From Escherichia phage CLB_P1: a stretch of DNA of 40,218 nt. The notes below the pieces were generated by a model. It did no database searches, had not been told where the DNA came from, and worked only from the letters and a program-made list of their open reading frames with translations. Numbering within the stretch: the stretch's first letter is position 1; the number at the start of each line of letters is the position of its first letter. The stretch lies in sequence record KC109329.1; one strand, written 5' to 3'. Of the stretch, positions 7,816 through 18,093 are shown in pieces. A program made the translations under genes and the position numbers.

Positions 7816-8227
7816 GCAACAGGTAGCTATTAAACTGATTGAGCTTAACCCACAAGCCCCGAACGACCAGTGCTGTCCCGGTACTACCTGTCCGGGTATT
7901 TCCTGCGATGAATGCCCATTCGATGAAGGAGACCTGACGTTTGGCGACATTCGAAAGCAGTACGCTCCCAAGCATACGGTAGAAGACGATGGTGTTCGCA
8001 AGCCATCTCACTATCAGGTCTTTGATGGCGTGGAATCCATTGAGATTATCGCTCGGTCCATGACTGTCAGCGAGTTCCGTGGTTTCTGCATGGGTAACGT
8101 CCTTAAGTATCGACTCCGAGCTGGTAAGAAGTCCGAGCTGGCTACTTTGGAGAAGGACCTAAACAAAGCAGCCTTCTATCAGGAGCTGTTCGACCTTCAT
8201 AAAGGTAAGTGCTATGACTCCAAGTAG
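7808..8227 (+). CDS. gp1.7-like protein (putative nucleotide kinase family) with N-terminal Cys-rich motif
   Basis: C-terminal half resembles the conserved gp1.7/DUF3310-type region from recall; CCPGTTCPGISCDECP cysteine cluster. Confidence 0.5.
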   Translation: MTEQQVAIKLIELNPQAPNDQCCPGTTCPGISCDECPFDEGDLTFGDIRKQYAPKHTVEDDGVRKPSHYQVFDGVESIEIIARSMTVSEFRGFCMGNVLKYRLRAGKKSELATLEKDLNKAAFYQELFDLHKGKCYDSK

Positions 8228-8305
8228 CTGGTGCTTTAGACAGTGGGCCTCAACCGGGAATGTGGACTACCTGTCCATGTACCATATGTGGAAGGAGAAA
8301 GGACT

Positions 8306-8464
8306 ATGAGCATTGAAGAAAAGAAATACATCGTGGAGCTTGAGGGTCGCATTCAGTCCTTCGAGGTTCCGGTGTACGCAAAGTCTCTTGAAGAGGCTAC
8401 CCTGAAGTCCCAAGAGTATGAGGATGCAGGGTTTGTGGTAGGACGGATTCGTCCTGAGACCTAA
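8306..8464 (+). CDS. gp2-like host RNA polymerase inhibitor (52 aa)
   Basis: SFEVPVYA...EA....AGF.VGRIRP matches the T7 gp2 core; RBS GGAGAAAGG. Confidence 0.7.
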   Translation: MSIEEKKYIVELEGRIQSFEVPVYAKSLEEATLKSQEYEDAGFVVGRIRPET

Positions 8465-8482
8465 ACTATCACTGTAGGACAG
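8460..8482 (+). promoter_or_regulatory. Phage RNAP promoter variant (CCTAAACTATCACTGTA/GGACAG), -3 G
   Basis: One mismatch to the consensus core at -3; upstream of the SSB gene as T7 phi2.5 is. Confidence 0.5.
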
Positions 8483-8522
8483 ACGTCCAGTTAGTAACTT
8501 TTAAATTAGGAGATTTACACCA

Positions 8523-9224
8523 ATGGCTAAAGAGCAACTGAAGACTTTCACCACTCCGGTAGCTGGTATCGTTGAGCCTTACGCATGGCTGAACAAAGCA
8601 GACACCAAGTTCAACGAGCGTGGTGAGCATAAAGTCAACCTGACATTCGACCTGAGCGACCCGAAGGTCCGCAAGATGATTGATGTCTTGCAGAAGATTC
8701 ACGACGATGCGTATGCGAAAGCACTCGCAGACCACGAGAAGAACCCACCTCAGGTTCAGCGTGGCAAGAAGCCTATCGAACCACGTGAAGGCGACATGCC
8801 GTGGATTGAGAACGGTGACGGCACTGTTACCCTGAAGTTCAAATGCTTTGCGTCTTACTTGAAAGACGGCAAGTCCGAGCCTATCGTATTACGGTTCTAT
8901 GACACCGATGCTAAACTCATCCGTGACGTCCCGAATATTGGCGCTGGGTCTAAGCTGAAGGTCAAGTTTAAAGTCCTGCCGTTTAAGTGGAACGCTGCGA
9001 CTGGTGCAAGCGTTAAGCTCCAACTTGAGTCCTGCCTTCTGGTAGAACTGAAGGAGTGGAAAGGTGATGGCACTGGTGGTGATGGTGGTTGGGGTGACGA
9101 TGAAGACATCGGCTCCGGTGGCTACAAAGCGTCAACCGACGGTGACTTCGGGTCTGATGACTTCGGTGACGATGGTTCCGAAGGTGGTGACGACTCCAGC
9201 TCTGGTGGCGATTACGACTTCTAA
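8523..9224 (+). CDS. Single-stranded DNA-binding protein (T7 gene 2.5 homolog)
   Basis: AEPYA, RGKKP..P.EGDMP...NGDGT...FKC.AS, KWNA.TGASVKLQLES.LLVEL and acidic C-terminal tail ending in F. Confidence 0.95.
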   Translation: MAKEQLKTFTTPVAGIVEPYAWLNKADTKFNERGEHKVNLTFDLSDPKVRKMIDVLQKIHDDAYAKALADHEKNPPQVQRGKKPIEPREGDMPWIENGDGTVTLKFKCFASYLKDGKSEPIVLRFYDTDAKLIRDVPNIGAGSKLKVKFKVLPFKWNAATGASVKLQLESCLLVELKEWKGDGTGGDGGWGDDEDIGSGGYKASTDGDFGSDDFGDDGSEGGDDSSSGGDYDF

Positions 9225-9676
9225 TGACCCAATGGTCTGCAAAACGGGGGCACTCTGTGGGTGCCTACCGCTCTGGACTTGAAGCCAAGAACCAGCAGTG
9301 GCTGGAACAGAACGGCGTCAAAGCGGAGTACGAAAGCCATTATATCAACTATGTGATTCCGGCTTCCGACCACAAGTACACACCAGACTTTATCCTTCCA
9401 AACGGTATCATCGTGGAGACCAAAGGTATCTTCGATAGTGATGACCGTAAGAAGCACCTTCTGGTACGAGAACAGCACCCAGAGTTAGACATCCGGTTCG
9501 TGTTCTCAAGTTCCCGCTCCAAGTTATACAAAGGGTCTCCGACCACGTATGGCGCATGGTGCGAAAAGAACGGCTATAAGTATGCCGATAAGTTCATCCC
9601 GGTTGAGTGGCTGCGAGAGGCGACTGTACGTCTGCCTTCAGGTATACTCATCCCCAAGAAGAAAGGAGTTAAGTGA
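9224..9676 (+). CDS. Endonuclease I, Holliday junction resolvase (T7 gene 3 homolog)
   Basis: GAYRSGLE, YTPDF.LPNGI.VETKG...SDDRKKHLL.REQHPELDIR.VFSSSR.KLYKGSPT.YG near-identical to T7 gp3 motifs. Confidence 0.95.
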   Translation: MTQWSAKRGHSVGAYRSGLEAKNQQWLEQNGVKAEYESHYINYVIPASDHKYTPDFILPNGIIVETKGIFDSDDRKKHLLVREQHPELDIRFVFSSSRSKLYKGSPTTYGAWCEKNGYKYADKFIPVEWLREATVRLPSGILIPKKKGVK

Positions 9677-9900
9677 TGACTCAGGAAGTTAAGGTCGTTC
9701 GTCAGCGTCTGACCATTGATAAAATCCCGGTAGGCTATGCGTTTATCGTCCACGGTAAGCCGGGTGAAGTGTACGTGAAGATTAGTAACTCTCACGTCTT
9801 CAACCATAAGTTACTCCAGATGCACACCACGGATGCTAACCGCTTCCAACGTCATCTGAACCTCGTAGCTGTAGAGCTGGTGGTGTATGATGGTGAGTAA
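9673..9900 (+). CDS. Hypothetical protein (75 aa) between endonuclease I and lysozyme
   Basis: Strong RBS AAAGGAG before ATG at 9673; no T7 counterpart recalled. Confidence 0.6.
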   Translation: MMTQEVKVVRQRLTIDKIPVGYAFIVHGKPGEVYVKISNSHVFNHKLLQMHTTDANRFQRHLNLVAVELVVYDGE

Positions 9901-10348
9901 GGTGCAATTCAACCCACGGTCCCGGACTGACGCTATCTTCGTTCACTGTAGTGCAACCAAACCGTCTCAGGACATCGGGGTAGACACTATCCGCATGTGG
10001 CACAAGCAGCAGGGATGGCTGGACGTAGGCTACCACTTCGTCATCAAGCGAGATGGTACTGTGGAAGAGGGTCGCCCGGTAGATGTAGTGGGGTCCCACG
10101 TTAAGGATTGGAACTCCCGGTCCGTAGGCGTCTGCCTTGTTGGTGGAATCGACGCTAAGGGCAAGTTTGAAGCCAACTTCACGCCTGCTCAGATGAACGC
10201 TCTACGAAACAAGCTGGCTGAACTGAAGGCCCTGTACCCTCAGGCAGACATCAAGGCTCACCACGATGTAGCACCAAAGGCTTGCCCAAGTTTTGACTTA
10301 CAACTCTGGCTGTCTACCAATGAACTGGTAACTTCCGACCACGGTTAA
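9887..10348 (+). CDS. N-acetylmuramoyl-L-alanine amidase / T7 lysozyme (gene 3.5 homolog)
   Basis: VQF..R..TDAIFVHCSATKPSQ, QGWLDVGYHF.IKRDGTVE, HHDVAPKACPSFDL, NELVTSD as in T7 lysozyme. Confidence 0.95.
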   Translation: MMVSKVQFNPRSRTDAIFVHCSATKPSQDIGVDTIRMWHKQQGWLDVGYHFVIKRDGTVEEGRPVDVVGSHVKDWNSRSVGVCLVGGIDAKGKFEANFTPAQMNALRNKLAELKALYPQADIKAHHDVAPKACPSFDLQLWLSTNELVTSDHG

Positions 10349-10372
10349 TAAACTCTAAAGGAGAACAACTAA

Positions 10373-10588
10373 ATGATTAAACTTATTGAATTTCTTGGTC
10401 GTCTGGTGGTGCGTGGTTATCGTCGTGCTGCGGTACTGGAGCGAAAGGTAGAAAAGAAGACTGCTGACGGTGCGGCTGATGCTGCTGCTCTGGCTGACAA
10501 GCTGACCATCGCGTCACTGGAAGCGGGCATGAAGGCACGTCAAGCTGACACCAAAGCTGACCAGTTGGCCCAGTTCTTCAAAGCCTAA
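10373..10588 (+). CDS. Hypothetical protein (71 aa)
   Basis: RBS AAGGAG before ATG; Ala/Lys-rich predicted helical product. Confidence 0.55.
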   Translation: MIKLIEFLGRLVVRGYRRAAVLERKVEKKTADGAADAAALADKLTIASLEAGMKARQADTKADQLAQFFKA

Positions 10589-10606
10589 ACTATCACCTTA
10601 GGGATG
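10584..10606 (+). promoter_or_regulatory. Degenerate phage promoter-like site (CCTAAACTATCACCTTA/GGGATG)
   Basis: Upstream half matches consensus exactly; -4/-3 are CT instead of TA. Confidence 0.35.
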
Positions 10607-10653
10607 GGACCATGAGTCCTGTCCCTTTGTTCGCATTTGTGATTAAGGAGTGA

Positions 10654-12357
<1,704 letters not shown>

Positions 12358-12401
12358 GCGTGATATAGCTGATTATAAGAATTTTATGGAGGACACCATT
12401 A

Positions 12402-12566
12402 GTGTTAAAGAAACTTAAAGCTCGATACCATCGGTTCATGTACAAATGGTGGAGCGAAGAAGCAACCTGCCTGTCGAACATTCTGGGAGACCAAAGGTTC
12501 GACTCTAAGGCATGGAAGAAAGCTAACCGGAAGTTTATGTATCACTTCTTGCGTACAGACTTCTAG
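12402..12566 (+). CDS. Small hypothetical protein (GTG start, 54 aa)
   Basis: GGAGGA with 8-nt spacing before GTG at 12402; an in-frame ATG at 12438 is an alternative start. Confidence 0.3.
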   Translation: MLKKLKARYHRFMYKWWSEEATCLSNILGDQRFDSKAWKKANRKFMYHFLRTDF

Positions 12567-12567
12567 G

Positions 12568-12614
12568 TCTAGACTCAAGGTCATTCACATTGAGTGGCCT
12601 TTATGATTAGACTA
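12568..12614 (+). promoter_or_regulatory. Conserved stem-loop, candidate RNase III processing site (R4.7-like)
   Basis: AGACTCAAGGTCAT-loop-GTGGCCTTTATGATTA; same stem as at 5483 and 36254 with a different loop. Confidence 0.4.
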
Positions 12615-12629
12615 AACGGAGGATTAACC

Positions 12630-13031
12630 ATGTTTGATTGCATTGAGTGGACCGGGTGTCGAGATAGTTTCGGCTACGGTATGCGAAAGGTCAACGGGAA
12701 GGTCCGTAGACTGCATCTGATAGCCTTCGAGGAGGCGAATGGTCCGATACCAGAGGGAATGGTCGTGAGGCACAAATGCGACAACCCAGCGTGCTACAAT
12801 CCAGAACACTTGGAGCTGGGGACAAGGGCTGAGAACAATCACGATAGAGACATTAGAGGTCGAACCGCTAAAGGCGTGCGACATGGAAGCTCTAAGCTTA
12901 CACCTGAAATAGTACAAGAGGCCAAGGTGCTTTACGCAGGAGGTGGCTGGACTCACCGCTCCTTAGGTAAGAAGTATGGAGTGGGTCACCGCACACTGGC
13001 TAGAGCAATTGGAGGAGAAACATGGACTTAA
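12630..13031 (+). CDS. HNH homing endonuclease (free-standing, between primase/helicase and DNA polymerase)
   Basis: NGPIPEGMVVRHKCDNPACYNPEHLELGTRAENNHD motif; GGAGGA RBS 7 nt before ATG at 12630. Confidence 0.8.
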   Translation: MFDCIEWTGCRDSFGYGMRKVNGKVRRLHLIAFEEANGPIPEGMVVRHKCDNPACYNPEHLELGTRAENNHDRDIRGRTAKGVRHGSSKLTPEIVQEAKVLYAGGGWTHRSLGKKYGVGHRTLARAIGGETWT

Positions 13032-15034
13032 GTAACGTATATGGGTCTGACATCGAGACCAATGGTCTACTTGATACAGTCTCCCAGTTTCACTGTGGGG
13101 TCCTGATTAACGCCGAGTCGAATGAGACCCTTAAGTATGGGGTAGCTCCGATGGTCGGTATCGTCGGTGGCTTCAAAGAGTATGTTCATAAAGTGGAAGA
13201 GATTGCCGCATCTCCTGATGGTATGCTGGTATTCCATAACGGTATCAACTATGACGTCCCGGCTATCGACAAGCTGAAGCGTCTGTACTTTGGTAAACGA
13301 TTTAACTTCCCGAAACACAAGATGATTGATACCTTGGTGCTGGGCCGCTTGATGTATCCAAACATTAAGTTCTCAGACATGGGCGCGGTGAAAGCTGGTC
13401 GTCTGCCACCTAAGATGATGGGGCGCCAGTCTCTTGAGGCTTGGGGCTATCGTCTAGGTGAGATGAAGGGTGAGTACAAACACGATTACGTTGCCAAATG
13501 CAAGGCTGAAGGTATCGAATATAAGGCTGGGGACGAATGGTTGTTCCCGTCTCAGGAGATGCTGGACTATAACGTTCAAGACGTTGTGGTCACACTGGCG
13601 TTGTTCAAGAAGTTCCTGACTGACAAGTATTACTTCCAGTCTGAACAGTTCGCTTTCGACCAGATTTATGCGTTGCGTCTGGAACATGATGCTGCGTGGA
13701 CCTGTGCGAAGATGGAACGTAACGGCTATCCGATGAACACCGAGATGGTCGAAGGCTTATATCGTGAACTCACCGTCAAACGTGCAGAGCTGCTGGACAA
13801 GCTGCGTTCGACTTTCGGTAGCTGGTATGCACCGAAGGGAGGCAAGGAGTTCTTCAAGCACCCACGTACAGGCAAGGACCTTCCTAAGTATCCGCGAGTC
13901 GTGTATCCTAAGGTCGGTGGCATCTTTAAGAAGCCGAAGAACAAAGCTCAACGATTAGGTCTTGAGCCTTGCGAGTTCGACTCACGAGACACGATGGAAG
14001 GAGCGCCATTCACGCCAATAACTTACGTTGAGTTTAATCCGGGAAGCGGAGACCACTTAGCGAAAGTCCTGATGGAGCGTGGCTGGGAACCTGTGGACTT
14101 CACTGACACCGGGAAGCCTGTAGTCGATGACGAGACGTTAGAACACGTTAAGTTACCAGACGAAGAGGCTCAGGCTTGCGTAGAGCTGGTCCGTGAGTAT
14201 CTGGTAGTCCAGAAGCGCATCGGTCAGGCGGCTGAAGGTAAGAACGCATGGTTGAAACTTGTAGGTCCAGACGGACGTATGCACGGTTCAATCAACCCAT
14301 GTGGTGCAGTAACCGGACGTGCGACCCATAGTACACCAAACATGGCTCAGGTCCCGGCTAACGGTGCCCCATACGGTGAGACTTGCCGTGGTGCTTTCGG
14401 TGCAGCGTGGAACAAGAAGGACGGCAAGCCAGACCCTTGGATTCAAGTAGGTGTGGATGCCTCAGGTCTTGAGCTTCGTTGTCTGGGGAACCGAGCGGCT
14501 CCGTTTGATGGTGGTGACTATGCGAAGACTGTAGTCGAAGGTGACATCCACTGGGCAAACGCAGTCAACGCTGGACTAGCACCTAACGTCCCACGCGACA
14601 AGTCTAGCCATGACCATGATGCTTTCCGTAATAACGCTAAGACGTTCATCTATGCGTTCCTGTATGGTGCAGGGGCCGCTAAGATTGGACTGATAGTCGG
14701 AGGTGGTAAGAAGGAGGGTTCAGCTCTCATGAAGAAATTCATTGAGGGTACACCAGCTATCAAGGACCTCAGGGAAGCTGTACAGAACACGCTCATCTCC
14801 GAGTCCAAATGGGTGGACGGTGAGAACATCGTGAAGTGGAAACGTCGCTGGCTGAAAGGTCTGGATGGTAGACGCATTCACATCCGGTCGCCACACTCAG
14901 CACTTAACGCTCTACTTCAGGGTGACGGTGCGGTTGTCTGTAAACACTGGATTGTTGAGACTGAACGTATGCTTGAAGAGGCCGGGTATGTCCACGGCTG
15001 GGAAGGAGACTTTGCGTACATGGCATGGGTGCAT
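13022..15034 (+). CDS. DNA polymerase (T7 gene 5 homolog), exon 1 (codons 1-671; a TAA stop follows in the intron)
   Basis: DIETNGLLD exonuclease motif, YNVQDVVVT, PRTGK.LPKYPR, KVGGIFKKPKNKAQR, GRATH, DASGLELRC, NAKTFIYAFLYGAG, GDFAYMAWVH as in T7 gp5. Confidence 0.95.
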
Positions 15035-15632
15035 TAACATCATGGTGCACATTAAATCTGGTGAACTCGGTGAACTCCTAATGGGACAATACCGAGCCAA
15101 GCCATAGGGAGGATGTATGAGAGGCAAGAAGTTAATTCTTGAGGCCACTGAGACTGGCTGCATAATCCCTACGTCACATAAATTGAATCAGGATGGATAC
15201 TTCCGAAAGAGGACTAACGGTGTCCTTGAGATGTATCATAGAACTGTATGGATTAAAGCTAATGGTCCAATACCTGAAGGTTTCGAAGTAGACCACAAGT
15301 GTCGTAATAGAGCTTGTTGCAACGTCGAACATCTACAAGTATTATACCGGGACTCACACTTAGTCAAGACCAACAAAGAGCGATACGCTGCTAGGAAGCT
15401 AGAAGCACGAGACTACTGGGTAGAGACTGGGTGTACTGGAACGAAGTTAGCCGAAGTATTCAATGTGTCGTTCTCAGCCGCCTGTGGGTGGATTAGAGAG
15501 TGGAAGGCGTAGAGACTATCCGAAAGGAGTAGGGCCGTGGGTGAGATTCCCACGTAACCCGAAGCGCCAGACAGTCACCTCAAAGACTGATGATATAGTC
15601 CGACACTTCCAGTAATGGGAGAATACAGAAAG
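15035..15632 (+). mobile_element. Putative group I intron with embedded HNH homing endonuclease gene, interrupting the DNA polymerase gene
   Basis: Exon ends in U (15034); exon GUGCAU pairs with GUGCAC at 15045-15050 (U-G at the splice site); G at 15632; joining 15034 to 15633 restores the conserved polymerase C-terminus in frame. Confidence 0.65.
15117..15512 (+). CDS. HNH homing endonuclease encoded within the polymerase intervening sequence
   Basis: NGPIPEGFEVDHKCRNRACCNVEHL motif; RBS GGGAGG before ATG; lower GC than flanking sequence by eye. Confidence 0.85.
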   Translation: MRGKKLILEATETGCIIPTSHKLNQDGYFRKRTNGVLEMYHRTVWIKANGPIPEGFEVDHKCRNRACCNVEHLQVLYRDSHLVKTNKERYAARKLEARDYWVETGCTGTKLAEVFNVSFSAACGWIREWKA

Positions 15633-15788
15633 GATGAGTTACAGATTGCTTGTCGTACTCAAGAAATAGCAGAACGTACAGTAGAAATTGCTCAACTTGC
15701 TATGCGTAAGGTGGGTGAGTTCTATAACTTTAAATGTGTCCTTGATACCGAAGGTAAGATTGGACCAACGTGGAAGGAGTGTCACTAA
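15633..15788 (+). CDS. DNA polymerase exon 2 (C-terminal 51 aa: DELQIACRTQEIAE...FKCVLDTEGKIGPTWKECH)
   Basis: Colinear with T7 gp5 C-terminus (DEIQVGCRTEEIAQ...FRCLLDTEGKMGPNWAICH); an in-frame ATG at 15615 could alternatively give a separate 57-aa peptide. Confidence 0.7.
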   Translation, partial: DELQIACRTQEIAERTVEIAQLAMRKVGEFYNFKCVLDTEGKIGPTWKECH

Positions 15789-16072
15789 TGGCTATTACTA
15801 AACGTATTCGTGTGAGTTTTGACCTGAAGATGGTCGTTAGCTCAAAGGAAGAGGAGACCATGTGTCGCCAACTGGCTGAGATGACTAAAGCCTACGCTGA
15901 GGGTGAGAAGCTGGATGGACTTCAGTTGGCTCTGGTCAAAGCAGCAATCGAGTCAGGCCCTGAGTCTGCTCTTGAAATTGCCGTCAAGAAGGTCATCAAA
16001 AAGGAGCTGGTAGATGCCTTTGGTGACGACCAGTTCGGTGTGTCAAACCTGCGATTCGAGGTCAAACGATGA
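15788..16072 (+). CDS. gp5.5-like protein (94 aa)
   Basis: Position after gene 5 and similar N-terminus (MA.TKR..VSFD) to T7 gp5.5 from recall; ATG overlaps the polymerase stop. Confidence 0.5.
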   Translation: MAITKRIRVSFDLKMVVSSKEEETMCRQLAEMTKAYAEGEKLDGLQLALVKAAIESGPESALEIAVKKVIKKELVDAFGDDQFGVSNLRFEVKR

Positions 16073-16278
16073 GTGAATACTTACGGGTCCTTGCGGCCCT
16101 TAAGTCCTGCCCGAAGACCTTCCAGTCCAACTACGTCCGCAACAATGCGGCACTGGTGGCTGAGGCTGCGAGTCGTGGACATCTGAGCTGCCTGTCTATG
16201 GACGGGCGTAACAACGGTGCGTGGGAGATTACAGCTGCTGGCACCAAGTTCCTGAACCAACACGGAGGCTGTCTATGA
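16069..16278 (+). CDS. gp5.7-like protein (69 aa)
   Basis: YL.VL.A.KSCPKTFQSNYVRNNA.LVAEAASRGH.SCL...GRN.GAWEITA.GT.FL...GGC matches T7 gp5.7 closely. Confidence 0.75.
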   Translation: MSEYLRVLAALKSCPKTFQSNYVRNNAALVAEAASRGHLSCLSMDGRNNGAWEITAAGTKFLNQHGGCL

Positions 16279-16511
16279 GTGAGCTGGATTTACTGAAGAA
16301 GTTTGACGAACTTATGTCACATCTTAATGGCGAAGAGAACCCACGGGCAGAAGAGTTCCGCGAGGCGCTATGGGCGAAGTTAGACTCTGCCGCCGATGAT
16401 AAACTCTGGCGTGAGTGCCTGGAGTCTGGCGGGGTGGACAACTGGTCTGGGTTCTCTGAGTCACTGTCGGAAGGTGGTTATTACAAGGAGTACGACCATG
16501 ACTTCTGGTAA
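16275..16511 (+). CDS. Small acidic protein (78 aa), gp5.9 position
   Basis: RBS GGAGG 6 nt before ATG at 16275; position matches T7 gene 5.9 but no sequence match was established. Confidence 0.45.
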   Translation: MSELDLLKKFDELMSHLNGEENPRAEEFREALWAKLDSAADDKLWRECLESGGVDNWSGFSESLSEGGYYKEYDHDFW

Positions 16512-17367
16512 GAAGATAGCTCTGGTGCTGGATGGTGACTATCTGGTCTTCTCTTCTATGGCTGCTGCCGAGGACGAGACAGACTGGGGTGATGACATCT
16601 GGACCCTTATCTGCGACCACGAGAAGTCCCGTCGTATCCTTGAGAACACCATCGCTGAAATCATTAAGAAGCGAAAGGCGTGGAAAGACGCTAAGATTGT
16701 GATGTGCTTCACCGACGATGAGAACTGGCGCAAGTCCATCCTGCCTACCTATAAGGCCAACCGTAAAGGTTCTCGCAAGCCTGTAGGTTACAAGAAGTTC
16801 GTAGCCGAAGTGATGGCTGACCCACGGTTCAACAGCTTCCTGCGGCCAACGCTGGAGGGAGATGACTGTATGGGTATCATCGGGACACGACCTCAGATTG
16901 TAGGTTGTGACCATGCGGTTCTGGTATCCTGCGATAAGGACTTCAAGACCATCCCTAACTGTGAGTTCTTCTGGTTAACCACTGGTGAAATCCTGAGTCA
17001 TACGACTGCTGAGGCAGACTACTGGCACATGGAGCAGACCATCAAGGGTGACACTACAGATGGCTACGGCGGGATTCCGGGGATGGGTGAGGACACCACT
17101 CGTGCGTTCCTTGACGAGCCGTACTACTTCGTGCAGGAGAGCCGTGAGCTTAAGACTGGTAAGAACAAAGGCCAGATTAAGACTGAGTGGAAGAAGTATC
17201 CAAAGCGTGAAGACATGACGCTGTGGGACTGCATGGTTACTCTGGCGGCTAAAGCTGGGATGACCGAGGAGGAACTTCTGGTCCAAGCTCAGGTCGCTCG
17301 TATTTGCCGAGCCTCCGACTATGACCCTAAGTCCAAGGAGGTCATCCTGTGGACACCATCCATGTGA
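16498..17367 (+). CDS. 5'-3' exonuclease (T7 gene 6 homolog)
   Basis: LDGDYLVF, CFTDD.NWRK, YKANRK...KPVGY, LEGDD.MG, SCDKDFKTIPNC.F.W.TTG.IL, IKGD.TDGY.GI.G, LWDC, KAGMTEE. Confidence 0.95.
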   Translation: MTSGKKIALVLDGDYLVFSSMAAAEDETDWGDDIWTLICDHEKSRRILENTIAEIIKKRKAWKDAKIVMCFTDDENWRKSILPTYKANRKGSRKPVGYKKFVAEVMADPRFNSFLRPTLEGDDCMGIIGTRPQIVGCDHAVLVSCDKDFKTIPNCEFFWLTTGEILSHTTAEADYWHMEQTIKGDTTDGYGGIPGMGEDTTRAFLDEPYYFVQESRELKTGKNKGQIKTEWKKYPKREDMTLWDCMVTLAAKAGMTEEELLVQAQVARICRASDYDPKSKEVILWTPSM

Positions 17368-17493
17368 TATACTGGGCCGGACTGCTGGCCCTTTACTGCA
17401 TGTACAAGTGGTTCGGGTCGAACAACCGTCCTAAGCACTGAGTCTAACCGATAGTCATATCCTATCAATCCAATAGTCATCCATAGGTGAAAC

Positions 17494-17516
17494 ACTAAAC
17501 TATCACTATAGGGACT
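17494..17516 (+). promoter_or_regulatory. Phage RNAP promoter (ACTAAACTATCACTATA/GGGACT)
   Basis: Consensus core read directly; precedes the gene 6.5-6.7-7 cluster. Confidence 0.65.
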
Positions 17517-17577
17517 TTAGGACCTAAGATATGACTATAAGATAGACTTTAGTCTTAACTTAAAGAGGAGATTCAAG

Positions 17578-17850
17578 ATGGCGATTAATGCTATTGAAAA
17601 CGTTGTTAAGCAGTTACAGGAAGAAAGACTTGATGTCCCGAACATCTCCCAGTCTGCCATCCAGTTCATGCACGTACTGTTCAACGCAAGCTATGCTGAG
17701 AAGACGGGAGCTATCAGCCTCCTCAAGCAGCAAGGCTACAGCGATGCGTTCATTGCCGGGTTCATCAAGGGTCTCCAGTATTGTTCTGACACTCTCGACT
17801 CTGCGATTGCTATGCGTCGTGAGCTGAAAGATACCGTTCAGTTCGATTAA
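17578..17850 (+). CDS. Hypothetical protein (90 aa), gp6.5 position
   Basis: RBS AAGAGGAG before ATG; position after the promoter. Confidence 0.6.
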   Translation: MAINAIENVVKQLQEERLDVPNISQSAIQFMHVLFNASYAEKTGAISLLKQQGYSDAFIAGFIKGLQYCSDTLDSAIAMRRELKDTVQFD

Positions 17851-17864
17851 CTGTAGGAGGGACT

Positions 17865-18089
17865 ATGTGTTTCAGTCCAAAGATTAGCACTCCGAAGCCT
17901 TCGGTCCAAGCACCTGAACCAGCACCTCTGAGTGAGGAAGTTGCGTCAGTTGACATCGGGGCTGAATCGGATGTGGACACAAACGAGACCAAAGGTATCA
18001 AAGACCTTAAGGTTAAGAAGGAGTCTGCACCTAAAGATAAATCGTCAGTGAGCCGCGCTATGCGAGCCTCTGGCGTAAACATGGGGTAA
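17865..18089 (+). CDS. gp6.7-like virion protein (74 aa)
   Basis: N-terminus MCFSPKI.TPK and EPAPL..EV.SV matches T7 gp6.7. Confidence 0.75.
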   Translation: MCFSPKISTPKPSVQAPEPAPLSEEVASVDIGAESDVDTNETKGIKDLKVKKESAPKDKSSVSRAMRASGVNMG

Positions 18090-18093
18090 GACA

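Noticed and set aside
12594-12629. Track start of the HNH gene at 12594 (MAFMIRLNGG...)
   Set aside because: The ATG at 12630 is preceded by GGAGGA at optimal spacing, and the upstream segment overlaps the conserved stem-loop; the shorter form is more likely.
16324-16914. Minus-strand ORFs throughout the track (e.g. 16324..16914, 21857..22438, 20444..21022, 26493..26984)
   Set aside because: Each lies antisense to a well-supported + strand gene (exonuclease, capsid, scaffold, gp13/gp14). T7-like genomes are transcribed from one strand, and none of these ORFs has an RBS or promoter context, so they are shadow ORFs of GC-rich coding sequence.
17364-17441. Short hydrophobic ORF (GTG start, ~25 aa) after the exonuclease gene, in the gene 6.3 position
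   Set aside because: No clear RBS and very short; it cannot be distinguished from chance.
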